Assembly: GCA_030152605.1 (NCBI GenBank)
Contig: JASLJB010000101.1
Coordinates: forward strand, 1-44,029
Source of the DNA: Acinetobacter sp.
GTDB lineage: Bacteria > Pseudomonadota > Gammaproteobacteria > Pseudomonadales > Moraxellaceae
Reading direction: 5' to 3'
Length of the DNA stretch: 44,029 nt
Shown: in pieces, positions 41,148 to 44,029 of the stretch
How the letters are laid out: every line of letters starts with the position of its first letter
Position numbering within the stretch: the stretch's first letter is position 1
Program-made: the position numbers and the translations under genes
Notes under the pieces: generated by a model
Seen by the model: the letters and a program-made list of their open reading frames with translations, nothing else
Databases searched by the model: none
Told to the model about the DNA's origin: nothing

Positions 41148-42398
41148 ATGAAATTACAGAAAAGTGCCGTCGAGCCTGAAGTTAAAATTTCAGCGCAACA
41201 GAAGAAATTCCAACGTTTGAGTAAGAAAGTTGAGCAGGAAAAACAACGCTTAGAGCAGTGGCAAGTGGCGCAAAAGGAGGTTCAGAGCCGTGCTTTCAAT
41301 CAATTGTTGCCGGCATATGCGCAATTGCGTGAGGTGATCTTTGCCCAGATTGAGCGATTGGTGCAACAAAAAAAGCAAAAACTCACCAAAGGTCAGCTGT
41401 CAAAGCTTGACGATAAGATCCAAACATTGAGTTTTGATCTGCTCGATTCGCAGCAGATGTCGGCAACACAAGTTGCGTATTTACTGGAACTTTTAAAAGA
41501 ATATGGTCTTGAATTTGAAGCGCAGGCCGCGGCATTCGACCAAGCTGGTTTTGACGATGGTTTTGAGGGTGCTTTCGACCAAGCTGATTTTGAAGGCAGT
41601 TTTGAAGATGTGGCTGAAGGCCTTGATGCAGATGATGCTGAACAAAGCAGCCAAGCGCAGCAGATCCACGCAGAGATTGATGCCTTAAAAGACATACTGA
41701 TCGATGAATATGATTTATCACCAGATTTTTTTGATTTTAGTTTCGATCCACACAACCCTGAAGACTTTATGCAGAAATTTGCTGAAAAAATAGAACAGCA
41801 ATTTGAACAAGAATTTCTAGATCAATGCTCAGCCCAAGAGCGCAAGCAGATTGAGAAAGAAATTGCTGCGGAGCGGGCCAAAGCTGCCAAGAAAGAGCAA
41901 CAAAGACAGCAGGCCAAGAAAGTTGCAAATCAGTCGATTAAAACCGTGTATTTAAAAATTGCCGCGATGATTCATCCTGATCGTGAGCAAGATGAACAAA
42001 AAAAACAACACAAGACTGAGTTATTGCAACAGGTTAACCAAGCCTATGCAGCCAATGATTTATTGAATTTATTGGCCGTGCAAATCGAGTTGGGTTTGCA
42101 GCAAGATGCGCCTTTTGCTCAGCAGCAGTTAAAGGCCTATAACATCGTTTTAGAAGAACAGCTCGAAAAGATAGACATGGAAATTGAAGACATTATCGAT
42201 TCTTTTCATTGGGATGGATATATCGGTGCTTATTCAAATCGAAAGATTAAAATTCAAGATCTGTATAACAAATATGAGCAAGACTGGTCGCTTGTTCAGC
42301 AAAAGATTGAACAAGCGAAAAAAACTTTAGATTGGTATAAGGATCTACAAACTTTAAAAACGCTGATGCGCAGTCAGCATATCTGGGAAATGTGCTAA
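41148..42398 (+). CDS. Coiled-coil protein with internal J-domain (DnaJ-like)
   Basis: YLKIAAMIHPDRE..QQVNQAY with HPD motif; acidic middle region with a 13-aa duplication (AFDQAGFDDGFEG / AFDQADFEGSFED). Confidence 0.8.
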   Translation: MKLQKSAVEPEVKISAQQKKFQRLSKKVEQEKQRLEQWQVAQKEVQSRAFNQLLPAYAQLREVIFAQIERLVQQKKQKLTKGQLSKLDDKIQTLSFDLLDSQQMSATQVAYLLELLKEYGLEFEAQAAAFDQAGFDDGFEGAFDQADFEGSFEDVAEGLDADDAEQSSQAQQIHAEIDALKDILIDEYDLSPDFFDFSFDPHNPEDFMQKFAEKIEQQFEQEFLDQCSAQERKQIEKEIAAERAKAAKKEQQRQQAKKVANQSIKTVYLKIAAMIHPDREQDEQKKQHKTELLQQVNQAYAANDLLNLLAVQIELGLQQDAPFAQQQLKAYNIVLEEQLEKIDMEIEDIIDSFHWDGYIGAYSNRKIKIQDLYNKYEQDWSLVQQKIEQAKKTLDWYKDLQTLKTLMRSQHIWEMC

Positions 42399-42420
42399 AG
42401 CTTAAACTCAAATAACAAGC

Positions 42421-42455
42421 AAAAAAATCCCTGATCTTTCGATCAGGGATTTTTT
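42421..42455. terminator. Bidirectional Rho-independent terminator
   Basis: A7-TCCCTGATC-TTTC-GATCAGGGA-T6. Confidence 0.85.
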
Positions 42456-42461
42456 AATATC

Positions 42462-42505
42462 TGGAGCGGGAAAGGAGACTCGAACTCCCGACCTCAGCCT
42501 TGTCA
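42462..42505 (-). pseudogene. Partial 3' copy of tRNA-Gly (anticodon loop to CCA)
   Basis: 41 of 44 nt identical to tRNA 42986-43029, the 32 nt nearest the CCA end exactly; 5' part absent. Confidence 0.9.
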
Positions 42506-42521
42506 TTGGAATAACCAGTAG

Positions 42522-42758
42522 CTACGTTTTTTGTTTGGCCTTTTGGCGTAAGACGTACAAATATAAGTTTTCTACTTTTTCACGTGCCCATGGTGTGGTA
42601 CGCAAGAATCGCAATGATGATTTAACGCTTGGGTCTATGCAAAAACATCTAATTTCAATTTTACGACTCAAGCCTTCAAAGCCACCATAATAATCTAGCA
42701 ACTCATCCAAAATGTCAGCCAGTTTTTTGCCATGTAAAGGGTCATTGGAGGTGCTCAT
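42522..42758 (-). CDS. VF530 / DUF2132 family small DNA-binding-like protein
   Basis: NDPLHG, IRCF..DPSVKSSLRFLRTTPWAREKVE signature. Confidence 0.88.
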   Translation of the reverse strand: MSTSNDPLHGKKLADILDELLDYYGGFEGLSRKIEIRCFCIDPSVKSSLRFLRTTPWAREKVENLYLYVLRQKAKQKT

Positions 42759-42883
42759 ATTGGATCAATCGTATTTGGGAAGGAATGCATTATAACCTAG
42801 GTCAGGTGGAAAAATTCTCGGATTGAGTATTGGTGATGTTCATCAAAGCAAAGCCTCCGTTATTGGCTGCTTCATCTCTATTT

Positions 42884-42925
42884 TTAACTTGGGTTGTTTA
42901 TATTAACTAGGGTTGTTTATATTAA
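42884..42925. repeat. 19-bp tandem duplication
   Basis: ttaacttgggttgtttata / ttaactagggttgtttata / ttaa. Confidence 0.75.
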
Positions 42926-42946
42926 AACGTTATAGATATGAATAAG

Positions 42947-42981
42947 AAAGAAGCCCTAGTCTTTCGACTAGGGCTTCTTTT
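42947..42981 (-). terminator. Terminator downstream of tRNA-Gly
   Basis: AAAGAAGCCCTAGTC-TTTC-GACTAGGGCTTCTTT inverted repeat. Confidence 0.85.
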
Positions 42982-42985
42982 AATC

Positions 42986-43061
42986 TGGAGCGGGAAAGGA
43001 GACTCGAACTCCCGACCCCAACCTTGGCAAGGTTATGCTCTACCAACTGAGCTATTCCCGC
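42986..43061 (-). tRNA. tRNA-Gly (GCC)
   Basis: Reverse complement GCGGGAATAGCTCAGTTGGTAGAGCATAACCTTGCCAAGGTTGGGGTCGGGAGTTCGAGTCTCCTTTCCCGCTCCA; 76 nt, cloverleaf, encoded CCA. Confidence 0.98.
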
Positions 43062-43162
43062 ATGCCGCTTATAATACATTAACAATTCAGAGGGTCAAGG
43101 TGTTTTTACTGCGGTGGCACTCGATTGGCTAAAATAGAATCATCTTGATCAAAGAGAGTGGC

Positions 43163-44029
43163 TTATGCGGGTTCGGTTGCTGTTTTATTCACCGCTTCAC
43201 GCGCGCTATGTTCAGTCTCGAGCACAAACTCAACCCGCGCTGTGACCGCACACATCAGTTCATAGCCGACGGTATTCGAGCTTGCTGCAACATCATCGAT
43301 CGGCAAGATTGCCCCCGTGACCGAGCTTCCCCATAGCACCACTTCATCACCGATTTCGGCATCCGGGATCGGGCTCAGATCGACTGCCAACATATCCATG
43401 CTGACACGACCAATGGTCCGCGTGCGGATGCCATTGACCAATACCGGTGTACCAGTCGGGGAAATACGTTGATAACCATCGGCATAGCCGCAGGCTACAA
43501 TCCCGATCTTCATCGCATTCGAGGCGGTGAAGTTTGAACCATAACCCACGGTTTCATCGGCACTCAGCTCTTGGATCGAGATCAGCTCACTGCGTAAACT
43601 CATGCTCGGTTGTAGATCCCAGTCCTGAATCGAATGACTTGGATAGTCCGGTGAACTGCCATACAGCATGATGCCGCCACGGACCACATCGGAGTGTAGG
43701 GCGGCAGTCGCTGATGGCGCTTGAGCGACTGCGCTCAACTGCTCCGTACCACTGCGTTGAGAGTTGTGCGTCTGGGAGTTGGGTGCATGATGACGCAGAA
43801 TCGCGGCACTGTTACTGACCGAACGTTGTCCCGGCAGGTCTGCAATGGTCGCTTCAAAGACTTCAAGTTGATAGTCGATGCCACGTGCGCCTAAGCGCAT
43901 GCCATCGGCATCGGAAAAATGCGTCATGTGCGTGATGCTGCTGACATGATCGAGTGCATCTAAGCGTTGCCACACGGCGCGGTAGTCGCTCGGCCTAAAA
44001 CCTAGGCGATTCATACCACTGTTCATTTT
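43163..44029 (-). CDS. alr: Alanine racemase (5' end outside the window)
   Basis: [48 protein letters not shown]. Confidence 0.95.
   Translation of the reverse strand, partial: KMNSGMNRLGFRPSDYRAVWQRLDALDHVSSITHMTHFSDADGMRLGARGIDYQLEVFEATIADLPGQRSVSNSAAILRHHAPNSQTHNSQRSGTEQLSAVAQAPSATAALHSDVVRGGIMLYGSSPDYPSHSIQDWDLQPSMSLRSELISIQELSADETVGYGSNFTASNAMKIGIVACGYADGYQRISPTGTPVLVNGIRTRTIGRVSMDMLAVDLSPIPDAEIGDEVVLWGSSVTGAILPIDDVAASSNTVGYELMCAVTARVEFVLETEHSAREAVNKTATEPA

Noticed and set aside
29306..42460. Catabolic cluster as an island integrated at tRNA-Gly
   Set aside because: No integrase and no further tRNA-end repeat found to the left of the cluster.
1158..43336. Many short ORFs overlapping or antisense to the called genes, and 16349-16558
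   Set aside because: Shadow frames of well-supported genes or motif-free intergenic ORFs; no independent support.
33..44029. Two racemases at the window ends as one D-amino-acid system
   Set aside because: They are 43 kb apart, belong to unrelated families and share no visible regulation.
1..44029. CRISPR array, rRNA, prophage or anti-phage system
   Set aside because: No repeat-spacer pattern, rRNA sequence, phage genes or recognisable defence domains seen.

Overview
Acinetobacter-like chromosomal window (genus inferred from protein style, not proven). Left part (1.1-14.3 kb): an accessory type VI secretion effector locus with vgrG (DUF2345 plus a long C-terminal extension carrying a duplicated 18-aa motif), a full-length PAAR-less Rhs effector with a Gly/Ala-rich C-terminal domain and a small membrane immunity candidate, then two decaying orphan Rhs-core/C-terminal modules. 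The two orphan tips look homologous to each other and are followed by Sel1-repeat lipoprotein genes; an IS66 end relic lies between them. Middle (14.5-28.9 kb): two-domain ppk2/PAP, a TetR-OMF-YhiI-RbbA-YhhJ efflux operon, a Na/Pi cotransporter, a membrane protein, and an SMR pair plus MarR with a repeated candidate operator. Right (29.3-40.8 kb): a catabolic cluster of unknown substrate (ALDH, SDR, fused E1alpha/beta, E2, E3, MHS-type MFS, non-canonical shikimate-dehydrogenase-like enzyme, SDR, GntR). End: J-domain protein, a decayed 3' copy of tRNA-Gly, VF530-like gene, intact tRNA-Gly(GCC) and a truncated alanine racemase. All calls come from reading motifs by eye; no database searches were run.
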